Shown here: in pieces, positions 29,079 to 42,116 of the stretch
Layout of the letters: each line of letters opens with the position of its first letter
Position numbering within the stretch: the stretch's first letter is position 1
Source of the DNA: Eledone cirrhosa
Lineage: Eukaryota
DNA: 64,000 bases
Direction: 5' to 3'
NCBI GenBank assembly: GCA_964016885.1
Contig: OZ024743.1
Location: 314,092,001-314,156,000, forward strand
Position numbers and translations under genes: made by a program
The notes under the pieces: model-generated
Database searches by the model: none
Told to the model about the DNA's origin: nothing
Seen by the model: only the letters and a program-made list of their open reading frames with translations

Positions 29079-32000
29079 AAAGATCAACGGATAAAAATGT
29101 TTGCGCTATCGCTATTGAGAAAATGGCAGATTGGCAAAGTGATTAGAATATGGAAGAGAATGCTTCGCCTTATACTATCCGCCGCACTGCGTTCTAAGAT
29201 CGAATCCCCTTGGAGGTCGATAAATAAAATGCAAATTCAATACTGGGTTTGATTATTCTGCTGACTCTTTTTCTTTGGAAAGAATCGACTGTATCTATCT
29301 TTGGAAAGGGATGGACTACCTGATGTTTAAATGTGCTGTTGTGTGTCATGATGCGTCTCAACACTTCTATCAAGAGTTGTGGAACCAGGCACGCATCGAA
29401 ATTAAGAGGCTCTTGGCTGTCTTTTGTAGTACTCATTTAGTTATGTTGGACTAGACGATAATTTACTATTTTACCTCGGTTTTTTTATTCTTCTCACAGA
29501 GTTATCAAACAAGATATATATAGATAGAGAGAGAGAGCGAGAGAGAGAGAGAGGAAGACATAAAGAGAAAGTGGGAGAGAGACAAAGAAAGAGAAAGACA
29601 AAGACAAAGAGCTAGATGGAGAGAAAAAATAGGGTAATAGATTCACCAGTACTGGGATAGTGTTCTTTTATTATCGAACCTAAAATAATAAAATGCAAAC
29701 AGGACACATTCGATGCGACACTACATTGACTCTACTCCTATATTTCCTTTATAAACAGAATAAGGAGAAAATATATAATTACCAACAAGTACCACGACCA
29801 TGCACAATACTCATTCAGCATTTAAAAGTAACAAAAACAAGAATATATTTTTCCCGAAAATTCCCAGATGCTCTCTCTGACAATATAGTAAAACAAATAA
29901 AATAAATAAGCGGAACGGTGCCATTGTTATTGAATAAATAACTTTATTTATAATCTATTCTACGGCGCCACCTCACTTGAGTTTTATGAATGTTATAAAC
30001 ACTACGATTTCGGAAATGCAGTAAATTAGAACATTGTTATAGACTGTATAGATTTAATAGGATTGTTCGATACTTAATTGTTGAATTGATAATAATAAAT
30101 TATTGATGTGTAATTTTTATAGGATTTCAATTATATTAATGATTCTATGATAATAAAAAAGAATACTGCATACTAGACAATGGTGATCGTAAATTGTTTT
30201 ATCAAACGTCGCTCCCACGAAGAATTGAATATAACAACGGTAAATATCATGAATCTTTTAATTTAATTGATATTGTGTGTTATGCCATTTCTGGACATAT
30301 TCTAGCCAATGTCGAATATGAGTCGTATTTGTTAAATTCACAATGTATAAAATGTATATGTCTGTTATTAGATTTCATTAACTATACAAAACTGAAAATC
30401 ATTTCACTTTCATATTTATTCTGTTATATTGCTGCTTTCAGAATTTGTTTTCACATTTTAAAACACTACAGCAAACTCAATATGTAATTATTTTTCTCCA
30501 TGTATATAAGTGCAGACTTAACTGAAGTACAAGTGCTAACTTAGAGAACTGCTTTAACTGCTGACATGGTTTGGCCAATGCGTTGTGAGGCACCAACTAT
30601 GAGGAAACCCACAGTGTTTAGATACATGTGAGTAAACTGATGTAGCAAGTTGTCTCTATGTAAAAAAGAAACAGTTATCAGAAATCGAGAACGTATTTAC
30701 CGTATGTACAGCAATGCTTGGGTCCATATATTGAGTAAAACACTTGATGGTGATTCCATAGCTTGGCAGCAACCTGATGAGTGATGTTTATATATAGTAA
30801 GAAATCTGATATATATGTTATGTTTATTAAACATGTTGTATCGTTCTTTCTACAAAATCACTTATCATTGATGAACCTGAAAAAACAGAAGACTTGGAAA
30901 AAATAAGGTACAAGATATATCAGGAGGGGAAATCGAATAACAATAAAGTATGGAAATTCTATGACCAAAATTAAAATGCTTTGTTTGTGAGTGAATTTGG
31001 AAAGAGAAGCGCTTGAAATATTTGTTACAAATCAGCTTTCAATTCGGTAGTATAAGAATCAATTGCAATACTTGATAAATGCATAAATGACATAAGGTCA
31101 AATAATTTCATCTACTAACATATTCGTATTTGTACATTCGTGACAATTCAACGCACAACAGAACTAGAACCCGATCAAACAATGTCTCATTTTTTAGTGA
31201 TTGCGGGGGCTACATGTTCGGTCATTTTAATTTTCTTTTTCTGTGAGCGTGTTTGTGAGGTCTATGATATTATGTATACATGGTATGATTTCGTTCTATG
31301 TGTTTTCTTGAAATCAACGATATTATAATTACGTGAAGTGACATATATGGATGAATATTGATAACTAAAATGGTGGTGATCAAATTATCCGAAACAAGTC
31401 TTCAGTTTGAACAACTAGATCATAGAAACAATGTAATCTGTATAAGAAATTTAACAGAACATATTGCAGTAAAACTAAACATTTGTTTAAAATTATGCCA
31501 TCGACGTTAGTGATGGTTTGTGCTATATCTCAACAAGTGAATATTTACAGATGCTAGAATAATTGACAATTAAGTGATTTTAGCATGGAAAACAGATCAG
31601 AATCTGTATCAGAATAGAAAACTAGCAATTTTAGTAATTCAGGGTTTTGTTGATCTCGGAAGCTGCCATAGGCAAAGCTATAAATCAAGGATGATTAACA
31701 CTTTACATAAAACCGTATTATTTTCTCAAAATCTATCTCTTTCGTCATCTTTCTTATCACAACAAAGTCGCCAGAGTGGTATATTCTAGAATATACTGGC
31801 ATGGCAACCAGGTAAATTCCAGGAATTACACTTAAATTGTGAACGAAAATGTCTAAACCATGCTGGTGCAAGCGTCAGTAGTGTAGTAGATATGAGTTTT
31901 ATTGCGTTTATATTGGGAATAAATGTATATATTTGGAAGCCAGACTTACTATCTATATATATATACACCAATAGTAGATCTGGTGACAATTGGAGATTCA

Positions 32001-32896
32001 TTGAGTCCTAGTCCTATAAATTAATAAAATAAAAAAATAGATCATGTGCATACATGTTCAAATCGGGTTTCATCTATATGTTAAGTATTATTTTCGTATT
32101 TCTACACTTGACGAGAATAACAATGTGAAAAATCTTATTTATATGGTATCTATATCCACATTAAAATTTTACTTCATGCATGTGCGCGTGCGTACATGAG
32201 TGTGTGTGCAACAAACATGCATATATTTGTTGCTCCTCCCTCCACATACACAAATTTCTCATGTATATATTGTTGAATAATCGCAGATGATAGGTAGTTC
32301 TTCCTTTTTATAATCGAATATAACCGATACGCACGAAAATTGTGCTGGTTGCCAACATACATTAGTTCAGTTCAATATGAAATTAGTTATAGAGAAGAAG
32401 GGAATATAAAACTTGTTATATATGTGGGGGTGGGGAATAAGAAGACATGTTTTCTGTATTTACAGTTTACATCACCTCATTAATTATTTACTTTTTTGAT
32501 AACACAGCATGAAGTATATTGCAGTCTTATAAATCAATGAGATCCTAAGTCAATAATTTAGAACTACTTGATGTCACGTCACATATCTAGGGCAAGTCAA
32601 CCTGCACTAGAAGACTAATTATTTTACGCGTTACCTGGTTGAAATCATGAGACTGCGACCATTCTGGAGCACCACCTTCAAGAGAATTATTCAATCCTAT
32701 CGACCACATTACTTATTTTTTCTATGCCTGCGTGTATATATTTATATATATATATTTATTTATATATATATATAAAATTAGAAAACGGAGTTAAAATTTC
32801 ACATTAATCCCCTATAATTTAATTAGCTCAAGGAATAGATTCCAACGTCTTTATAAATCAACATATACGTGTTTAGTCATAGGGGATAAAAAACCA

Positions 32897-32986
<90 letters not shown>

Positions 32987-33289
32987 TAAAAGTGACCCGT
33001 TGCAAAACACATATATATCTATGACTTTATATATATATATGTAAACCTTTATATGTATATATATATATATGCATATATATATCTATCTTAATCCAAGGTC
33101 TTGCAATCACTCACGGGCCAAGAACCTTACCCCGGACTCCTACACGCATACATGTATACATTCAGGGGTGGTGGAACTGGGGTGGTAACGCATGAACCAA
33201 TCATTTTGTTTTTCTCCCCAATATACCAAAACTGACATCTCTTTGTATATGCGCTATAATTTATGAGCATGTTATGTAGAGATAGATAT

Positions 33290-33841
33290 ATATATATAGA
33301 GAGAGGGGGATTGGAAGAGACTAACCAGTAGTATATATAGAAAGAGGGGTGTTTGGTGTAAATTGATATAGAGACAGGGAATAGAAGAGCGTTCCGTTTA
33401 ATAGATATTGAGAGGGACTAGATTGGTGGTAATGAATAGAGTGAGAGGTTTGATGGAGTTAAGTATTCATAGATATAGAGAGTAGGAGAGTTTGGTAGTG
33501 ATGGTTAGAGTGAGAGGGAAGGAGCGAGAGAGTGTTGTATGGTAGATATATAGAGAGAGATAGTTTAGTGGGTATTGATATAGTGAGGGTGGTTGTGAGA
33601 GTGTGTTGTATATTAGATATAGAGAGGGGGTTGCAAGAGAGGGTTATATGGTTGGTGTAGAGAGGGGGAGACTGTGGTGGTAATGAATAGAGTGAGAGGA
33701 TTAATAGACATAAGTATTGATAGATATAGAGAGGGAGGCGGTTTGGAGTGATGGATGGAGTGAGAGGGAATGAGAGAGGGTGCTGTATGGTAGATAGAGA
33801 AAGTGGGATAGTTTGGTGGTAATTGATATATAAAGGGGTAT

Positions 33842-33927
<86 letters not shown>

Positions 33928-34290
33928 TATAGTAGATATAGAGAGATGTAGATTCCAATATTTGTAGATATAATAAGAGTGCTGAGAGATATAAATATTG
34001 CTAAATATAAAAATTGTGATTGAGAGAGACAGTATCGTAAAAGATATAGAGAAGGGCGGAGGGCTGAATAGAGAGAGAATGATTATGAGACAGTATTAGA
34101 ATTTTGAGATGATTGATATAAAGAGTGTGATTGGGAGAGTGTTTTGTTATATACAGAGTGGGGGATAGTTTGGTGGTTGTGGATATAGAGAAAGGATAAT
34201 GGGAAAGTGCCGTGTAATAGGCCCAGAGAGGGTCCCAAATAATAGGAGGGGTAATAAGGGTGGGGTAATCGGTGATTGCATAGTTTACGT
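33290..34290. repeat. Strand-asymmetric purine-rich degenerate repeat including (GA)n at about 33844-33922
   Basis: Recurrent gatatagagag...tttggtggtaat modules. Confidence 0.6.
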
Positions 34291-34469
34291 TCATAATTAT
34301 GGGATTTCTTGTAATGATATTTTTTTATGTCGTATATAATGTTTTTTTTTTAATGTGAAATAAAATGTTTAGCCCTGAGAGAAAGTGAATTATTGACGGA
34401 CGAGAGAATGAAAACTCAATACCGAAGTAGACTTTAAATATACATATATTATAGCTATGTGGTGATCCT

Positions 34470-34514
34470 TGTTACTCTGGAGTTTCACCTGCGTACTCAC
34501 AGAATCATCAGACA
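34470..34514 (-). ncRNA. Type I hammerhead in a short fold-back (34440-34588)
   Basis: TGT-CTGATGA-t TCTGTG agta CGCAGG t-GAAA-CTC ca GAG-TA-ACA. Truncated plus-strand copy at 34522-34559. Confidence 0.8.
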
Positions 34515-34582
34515 TGACTTGTGATCCTGTGAGTGCGCAGGTGAAACTTTAGAGTAACACATCTCACCAACAGCCATAATAA

Positions 34583-34657
<75 letters not shown>

Positions 34658-34804
34658 CATATATATACATTAAGTAAGAATATTTTCGAAAATATACGTC
34701 AATATTACCCCCATGTACGTCAATACTCATCTTTTTGATTTCTCCGAGGGTTCAAATAATTTCTTTAATTTCTTTAGTCAAAATACGGCGATAGCTTACA
34801 TTTC

Positions 34805-34908
<104 letters not shown>

Positions 34909-35281
34909 TGACTAAATTGGGTATAATACCAGTTTATTACCAAATGCGAAGAGGCTCGATACATCCACCCTTTAGGAAAGGGTACAGAGCATTGTTTTTT
35001 TACATTATATATATATATAGACCTGGGAGAGGGGCAGTGGAGCTATGCCTCCCCACACAAACAATAATTATACTTTTCTTCCCAAACTACCAAACACACA
35101 TCTATTTCGATATGCGTTACAATTTATGTACATATGTTTATCACATATCGATGTTTTCTGACAATTTTAGCGTGCTAAGTGCGAAACCAATCACAACTAA
35201 ATTGACGAATTTTGGCCCCACCCCTAATTCAGCGCCCTTGATATACATATACATTCATACATGCAAACACAGACATACACA

Positions 35282-35370
<89 letters not shown>

Positions 35371-35571
35371 ATGTGTGTGTGTGTGTGTGTATGCGCGTTT
35401 ATTTGTATAAATAAACAAATATATACACAAGTACAATAACAACAAACACATATAAACACACACTAGTAAACAAAGATAGAATACAAACACCAAAACACAT
35501 ATACTCAAATGCGAACACACACCAAACATTATACACACATGCAATCGCATGCGCAGAGACGGAAACAAGAA

Positions 35572-35602
<31 letters not shown>

Positions 35603-35697
35603 AAAAAAAAAAAAATAAATAAATAAATAAAATAAAAATGGCGTAGACATTACAATACAATATAATACAATACAATATGAGGGAACATAATAATAGT

Positions 35698-35739
35698 ACC
35701 ACTGATGACGTTGCAGATGTGCAACGAAAGAACTTTGAT
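35698..35739 (+). ncRNA. Hammerhead of the 7-kb family, within an element at about 35390-35933 ending at (TA)n
   Basis: acca-CTGATGA-c-GTTGCA gatg TGCAAC-GAAA-GAAC-TT-tgat. Stem II differs from the 7128 copy but still pairs. Confidence 0.75.
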
Positions 35740-35927
35740 AGACTATATATTTATATATATATATTTATATCTGTATTTTTAACCGTTGGTCAATGAATGA
35801 TGAACGTTGATTCCCAAATAAATTAACTATAGAGATATAAAAGATACAGATGCGAAAACCAACCAAACTGTGTGTGTTCTGTTATTATTTCTGGCAATAT
35901 TATTACAATATGACCCTCCCCAAGTAT

Positions 35928-35997
<70 letters not shown>

Positions 35998-36291
35998 TAT
36001 TTTCCGTTGTGTTGTAATATAAATATTACACACAGTAGATTGACAGCTCACGTAGAGTTTGCTCGACGGTTCCAGTTGAAATTCCAAAAGTAATCCGGAG
36101 AAAAATATTCTCTATAAAAACCAAACAGGTCCTCAGTAATATTATTCCGATGAAATGACAGTAAATAATAACATTGAAATATTGATTGTCTGCATAACTA
36201 ATACTTTGTAGATAGCAGCTGTTTTCAGGTTATCTAACTGTTATAGAAACACGTGTCAATAAATTCCTTTCAACTAAACTGTATCCATTCA

Positions 36292-36388
<97 letters not shown>

Positions 36389-36389
<1 letters not shown>

Positions 36390-36703
36390 TTGAAAAAGAA
36401 GGAAAAGAATGACTTCACTTGTAGTGTTAAATAATTTAATTTAATTTTATAATATTATAATATTATGAGTTGGTAGATCTAGTAAGTTCTTTGTTAACTT
36501 CGATGGGAAGAATTTTAAAGATTCCTGGTTAACTTTGTTGGAGAACTTTCTTGCATTCGTCGGTGGCGATTGTCAAACTGAGATCTGGTTGTGTTGAGAT
36601 GTGTGACTATATATATAAGAGAGTTTTCGATGTGTCTGGGGGTGTGGCGTGTAGTGTTAATGAGTGTTTATGATGATTTGGAGGAATCAAAGCATACACA
36701 CAC
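36389..36703. repeat. About 315-bp repeat with an inverted copy at 40118-40437
   Basis: Reverse-complement alignment by eye over the whole length. Confidence 0.85.
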
Positions 36704-37226
36704 GAGAACATTCCGGATTAAAGAAATAACCTCAGAACCAAATGAAGAAACCAAAATAAGACAAAATCTACCACTCCAAGAAACTTGAGATAGAAATCAC
36801 TCTACTCCGTCTAAGAATGCCAAAATTTAAAGAAAAATTCGAAAAATAAGACACCACCATTAGAGAAGAATTAAACAAAAGAAGCATCGGTAATGTACTA
36901 GAAGAACTCTTTGACCTTTGGAAGAATGATACAACCAGAGAAGAATTGAAATCAAAGAAAATCTTGGAGTCAAGAACACAATAGCTACAAGAATATGAAA
37001 AAAACTATGGCAAAGTCCAAATAAAATCCAAAAAAACAAATCCATAAGAAACCCTCAAATTCGGGAATAACACAAGAAATGAAGAATTCTCACACAATAA
37101 ACACGCATCAACCAGAATCGGAGAATCCCAAACACACAATTATACACAAACCAAATACCGAACACCAGAACCAGATACAACTATCAAATCTCCAACAACA
37201 ATTACCAGCGGCAAAATCAAAGACAT

Positions 37227-38351
37227 ATGATGACCGAACGGAATAACAGAAATAGACACCCGTATATCAACCACCAAACAAAATACTACCGCTCAGAAAA
37301 TGATCAACATGAAATGCCGGCAAACAGAATATTTCACCACAACAGAAACACCGCTACCTCAAATGGGAATTATTTTTTAGAACAAGGTGCCTCCCACCAA
37401 ATGAAAGGAAAAAAGGAAACAAACACCACCCTTCAAGTGGCACCCGACGAGAAAACTCCAAAGGAACTAAAAATAATCAACATATCGGCCAAAAAACTAA
37501 CAACAGGAAATAAAATTGCTAGAAAATGGACTGAAATTCACACCCAATCCAAAGCAGATCAAGCCGACCTTATAAAAGACACAGAAGATTTTTGTCAAAA
37601 ATTATGTCTAGGAGAATTCTTCCAAAGTGTAGAATGCGAGGGGGAATCACTAGTGAGCGACAAAAAGAACTTCAGACCTCCATTAAATAGAGACAAACAC
37701 CTGGAGGATTACATAATCTGCCTCCGACGATCGGCACAGTCAAATACTGCAGAGACAAAACACAAACACAACATCCCTACAGACCAAATGCAAACACTAA
37801 ACAAACTACAAAAATACTCCTCAATAATCATAAAAGAAGCGGACAAAGGTGGAGCAATCATCATCATGATTGACAAGGATATGGTCCTACAACAGTTGAA
37901 TAACGAGGATCTTTACAGAAAAATCAGCCAAAACGAAGAAAGAAAATCGATGATTAAAGTAGGTAAGCTGACGACCAAGTACCAAGACAACCTCACACTA
38001 AAGGATATCAATTACTTAACCAACTTCGAAATGAAAATCAGAAACATCTAAGGTTTAACGAAGGTTCACAAATCCAGAGAAATACAAAACAACATAAAAG
38101 GCAAAAATATATCATATGTTGAAGTACCAAAACCGACAGATTTAAAATTACGTCCAATTGTTGCTGGTCCAGCCTCAAGCACACAACGTCTAAGCAACCT
38201 ATTAGACATCGTACTGAAATCCTTATGTAAAAAAGTGCCAAGCTTCATAAGAGATGATATGGAATTCCTGAACTATATCCCCCAGAAAGTACACCAAGAA
38301 ACAATCTTAGTCAGCTTTGACGTAACAAGCTTATATACTAACATCCCACAT
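37227..38351 (+). pseudogene. PLE reverse transcriptase N-terminal half (disrupted, truncated after motif A)
   Basis: IIIKEADKGGAIIIM; GLTKVHK...LRPIVAGPASSTQRLSNLLDIVL...FIRDDMEFL...LVSFDVTSLYTNIPH. Confidence 0.88.
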
Positions 38352-38640
38352 CATTCTATTATACATCGATGTGGACTGCTATTTCTAATATCCCACTTTT
38401 CACCTCTTAATAATTTGTGTGTGAAACACGCTGGCTGTGAGTGCTTTTGACGGGAACGAAAAGATTGGTTTTCTATTCTCCCGCCTCCACGTAAAATTAG
38501 TAAATCGGTGGCTAGTCGAGAGAGTCGTATCGGGTGCCAGTTGCTAATCGCTTTACCGTGTCGGTTGTCACAAACAGTCATGACCGGCATGGGTAGGGGG
38601 TTTGGATTCTGTCGATCGATTGGCTATTTATTAGGCTATA

Positions 38641-38750
38641 CCCGCCGATAAATCCGCATAAGCCGATTGTGCATTGTTGCACAAGATATGCAGACGGATG
38701 GTGCAGTACACCTTACTGGTGCATTAGTGTGACTGAAACTCGAGTCCGGG
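38641..38750 (+). ncRNA. Degenerate hammerhead with long stem II domain
   Basis: CCCG-CCGATAA-[83 nt]-GAAA-CTCGAG-TC-CGGG. Two deviations from the core consensus. Confidence 0.45.
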
Positions 38751-38920
38751 AACTATTATAGGCACCCGTTTTACGTGTGTTGTATTGAAGCAAATAACTA
38801 TATGTATACTCTGGTAATGTATCTTACATTGCCCATGGAGTACGCTGAGATACAACCGGTCCTGGCATTGTTAAACATGATGGGTCCGTCAACTCCTTAT
38901 TATTATTATATATATATATA

Positions 38921-39096
38921 TAGAAGTGGTTACAGAACAGTTAGTTCACCATACCGAGAACAATTGTTTCACCCGCTAAGATGAAAGAATTGTTCTCGGT
39001 ATGGCGAACTAACTGTTGTGTAACCACTTCTATCTAACTCGTCCCATGGACTGAGTGCTCTACGGATATTACCTTCCAGTGTTCCCCCACTGTATA

Positions 39097-39100
<4 letters not shown>
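38921..39100. mobile_element. Fold-back insertion (50-bp arms) carrying an HHR 3' half
   Basis: 38921-38970 is the reverse complement of 38982-39031. GAAACAATTGTT (palindromic stem III) lies at the inner arm ends. (TA)n flanks. Confidence 0.7.
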
Positions 39101-39172
<72 letters not shown>

Positions 39173-39740
39173 CATATATATGTGGGTGTATATGTGTGTG
39201 TGTATGTGTATATATATGCGTATGCATATGTCTGTATATATGTGTGTGTATATATATGTATGTGTATATATGTGTGTGTATATGTGTGTGTGTATATATA
39301 TATGTGTGTGTGTGTGTTGATATGTGTGTGTATGTATGTAATATATATGGACTGTAAATATATTTACATATAGGGAAGTGAATATGTGAGCTAGCATGCC
39401 CCCCCCCCCCACTTCCTCTCCCAAACCAATATCAACAACACATTTTTGACAAATGTTCCAAAACTATCCTTCTTTTCTCTTTTTACTGTCATCCCATTCT
39501 TATCAAAAGAGACCTCATTAAAACCCAGGCACGCACCAAAATTCATCTTTGATATACATATTTGCAGAAGATATTCTTTATAAATTTAAGAGAGTTGATT
39601 CAGCTATAAGAAAAGAATTGAAAATCATCCTGCCATTATATAACTCATCAAATGTCAGCTAATGAAATAAAACCAGCAGGATGGGATGTTTACAACACCC
39701 TTCTCAAACACCCTTATCTTGCAACCTCACCATTTTCTGA

Positions 39741-39770
<30 letters not shown>

Positions 39771-39774
<4 letters not shown>

Positions 39775-39982
39775 TTAATATAGATGAGATTCTACAGGAC
39801 TAGAACTGTTTCATTCTTTAGAAATCATCAGGAATCCTGTTTTACGTGGGATTCCTGATGATTTCTAATGATTGAAACAGTTCTAGTCCTGTAGAATCTC
39901 ATCTATATTAAAACTTTTATACTCTGCTATGTATTGAGTACCTTACTTACTGTGGTTACCTCCGATTTAACCCGGAATAACT
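39771..39982. mobile_element. Fold-back insertion with two divergent hammerheads
   Basis: 39771-39837 is the reverse complement of 39849-39915. (TA)n flanks. Confidence 0.85.
39849..39899 (+). ncRNA. Type I hammerhead (minus copies at 39787-39837 and 54045-54090)
   Basis: GGATTC-CTGATGA-[12 nt]-GAAA-CAG ttctagtc CTG-TA-GAATCT. Stem II (ttc taaa gaa) is intact in the minus copies. Confidence 0.85.
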
Positions 39983-39985
39983 TAC

Positions 39986-40096
<111 letters not shown>

Positions 40097-40596
40097 TGTG
40101 TGTGCGTATATGTGTGTGTGAGTGTATGCTTTAATTCTTTCAAATCTTCATCAACACTCATTAACACGACACCCCACACCCAGACACATCCAAATCTTTC
40201 TTATATATACATATATATAGTCACACCTCACAACATAACCTGATCTCAGTTTGACAATCACCACCGACGAATGCGAGAAAGTTCTCCAACAAAGTTAACC
40301 AGGAATCTTTAAATTCTTCCCACCGAGTTAACAAAGAACTTACTAGATCTACCAACTCATAACATTAGAATATTATAAAATTAAATCAAATTATTTAACA
40401 CTACAAGTGAAGTCATTCTTTTCCTTTTTTTTTCAAATATACCTAACTGTACCAAGGATCTCACACATTTTCCAATATATACTGTATATATACATATGTA
40501 ATTATGCATACGTACACACATATATAGACACACACACACACATATATATCTATACATATACATATGTAAGCATGGGTTATATCGATCATTAATAAT

Positions 40597-40814
40597 GCGT
40601 TCTTCTATAGGCACAAGGCCAGCAATTTGGAAGCTGGGGAAAGTCGAATAAATCGATCCCAGTGTGTGACTGGTGTTTTATTTTACCGACTCCGTAAGGA
40701 TGAAAGGCAAAGTTAACGTCGGCGGAATTTGAACTCAGATCATAAAGGGCTATAACTCTATGCTGCAAAGCATGGCGTCCGACTGTCTCCCGATACTGCC
40801 AATCCACCGCCCTA
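40597..40814 (-). mobile_element. Full-length tRNA-derived SINE with TSD
   Basis: TSD tatcgatcat(t/c)aataat at about 40580 and 40815. A and B boxes on the minus strand. Confidence 0.88.
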
Positions 40815-40925
40815 TATCGATCATCAATAATAACATTGGAATCGTTTGTAGACAAACAACCCGATAAAAGCTCTGCCGTGCCGATGAACAGTCGTCCTCC
40901 GTTTGTTCTGCACTGGCATTGAGGA

Positions 40926-40967
40926 ACAATCAACATGTTTCTGGTGATTAGCCTTCATCAGGACTGT
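40926..40967 (-). ncRNA. Type I hammerhead with palindromic stem III
   Basis: ACAGTC-CTGATGA-aGG ctaatca CCa-GAAA-CATG-TT-GATTGT. Confidence 0.8.
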
Positions 40968-41200
40968 ATACTTCTGCCAATCTGTTTAACAGTTGAAAAT
41001 ATATAGTATTTTCTTCAATATACATCGGCATTTGCATACCGAGTAAGTTACGGCTGGCCTATGCTTAATTACATTTATGCATCAGCGGTGCTAGGGCGAG
41101 AAATAAAATAGTAAAACAATAATGAATATGGCTATATGTGCTAACGTGTTGAGTACCGTTTTTGACATTAGTCGCCTTCTGATTTACATCGAGATCCTAC

Positions 41201-41235
<35 letters not shown>

Positions 41236-41255
41236 CACACACATATATATATATA

Positions 41256-41336
<81 letters not shown>

Positions 41337-42116
41337 ATGAATGTATATATAGTGCATTTGGTAATACACTGTATGCTTAATTAAAAGCATTTTGATGACC
41401 TTACGCTATTGTTTTAAAGTAGTGACTATGTCACTTCCTTTTTCAACAAACAAAGGGAGATAAGCACTCCCTTCGATTGTTGAAAATTATGAATGTTGGA
41501 TTCTTATAGAATTCCAGTAATAATCAGGAACTGATTATACAGACCGGTTGCCGAACCAGCAAACATTGAAAAGTATAACTTGTGCTCTGAAATAGCGATG
41601 TATGTATGAATGTATATATAGTGTATTTGGTAATACACTGTACGCTTAATTAAAATCATTTTAAAGACCTTACGCTATTGTTTTAAAGTAGTGACTTACT
41701 TCTTTTTTCAACAAACAAAGGGAGATAAGCTGACAGATCTCTGTTTCATACTGTTGGCATTCCTCAGAGCTTATCACTCCCTTTGCTTGTTGAAAACTAT
41801 GAATGTTGGATTCTCATATAATTCCAGTAATAATCAGGAACTGATTATACAGAGCGGTTGCCGGTCCAGCAAAAACTGAAAATTAGAATTGGTGCTCTGA
41901 AATAGCGATATATATATATATGAATGTATATATAGTGTATTTGGTAATACACTGTATGCTTAATTAAAAACATTTTGAAGACCTTTCGCTATTGTTTTAA
42001 AGTAGTGACTATGTCACTTACTTCTTTTTTTCAACAAACAAAGGTAGATAAGCTGACAGATCTCTGTTTCATACTGTTGGTATTCCTCAGAACTATTTTA
42101 AAACAATAGCGTAAGG
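41337..42116 (-). mobile_element. Retrozyme-like tandem array (about 320-bp unit, about 2.5 copies)
   Basis: Units start at 41337, 41606 and 41920. HHR in units 2 and 3. Short inverted segment at 42097-42116. Abuts (TA)n. Confidence 0.85.
41724..41775 (-). ncRNA. Canonical type I hammerhead
   Basis: GATAAGCT-CTGAGGA-ATGC caaca GTAT-GAAA-CAGA ga TCTG-TC-AGCTTATC, with stem I extended past a bulge. Confidence 0.92.

Noticed and set aside
29600-32600. Repeat-poor AT-rich stretch as possible host exons
   Set aside because: No recognisable protein motif or convincing exon. Short exons cannot be excluded without RNA data.
34200-34340. Minus-strand CNHR resembling a PLE endonuclease end
   Set aside because: Too short, and the surrounding motifs are absent.
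40118-40290. ccgacga...gaaa and atgaaga-ttt-gaaa motifs in the 315-bp repeat
   Set aside because: No supporting stem I, and not conserved in the other copy.
41860-42000. Possible plus-strand HHR (ctgaaaa...gaaatagcga/tcgctatt)
   Set aside because: Register differs between units, and the minus-strand HHR explains the array far better.
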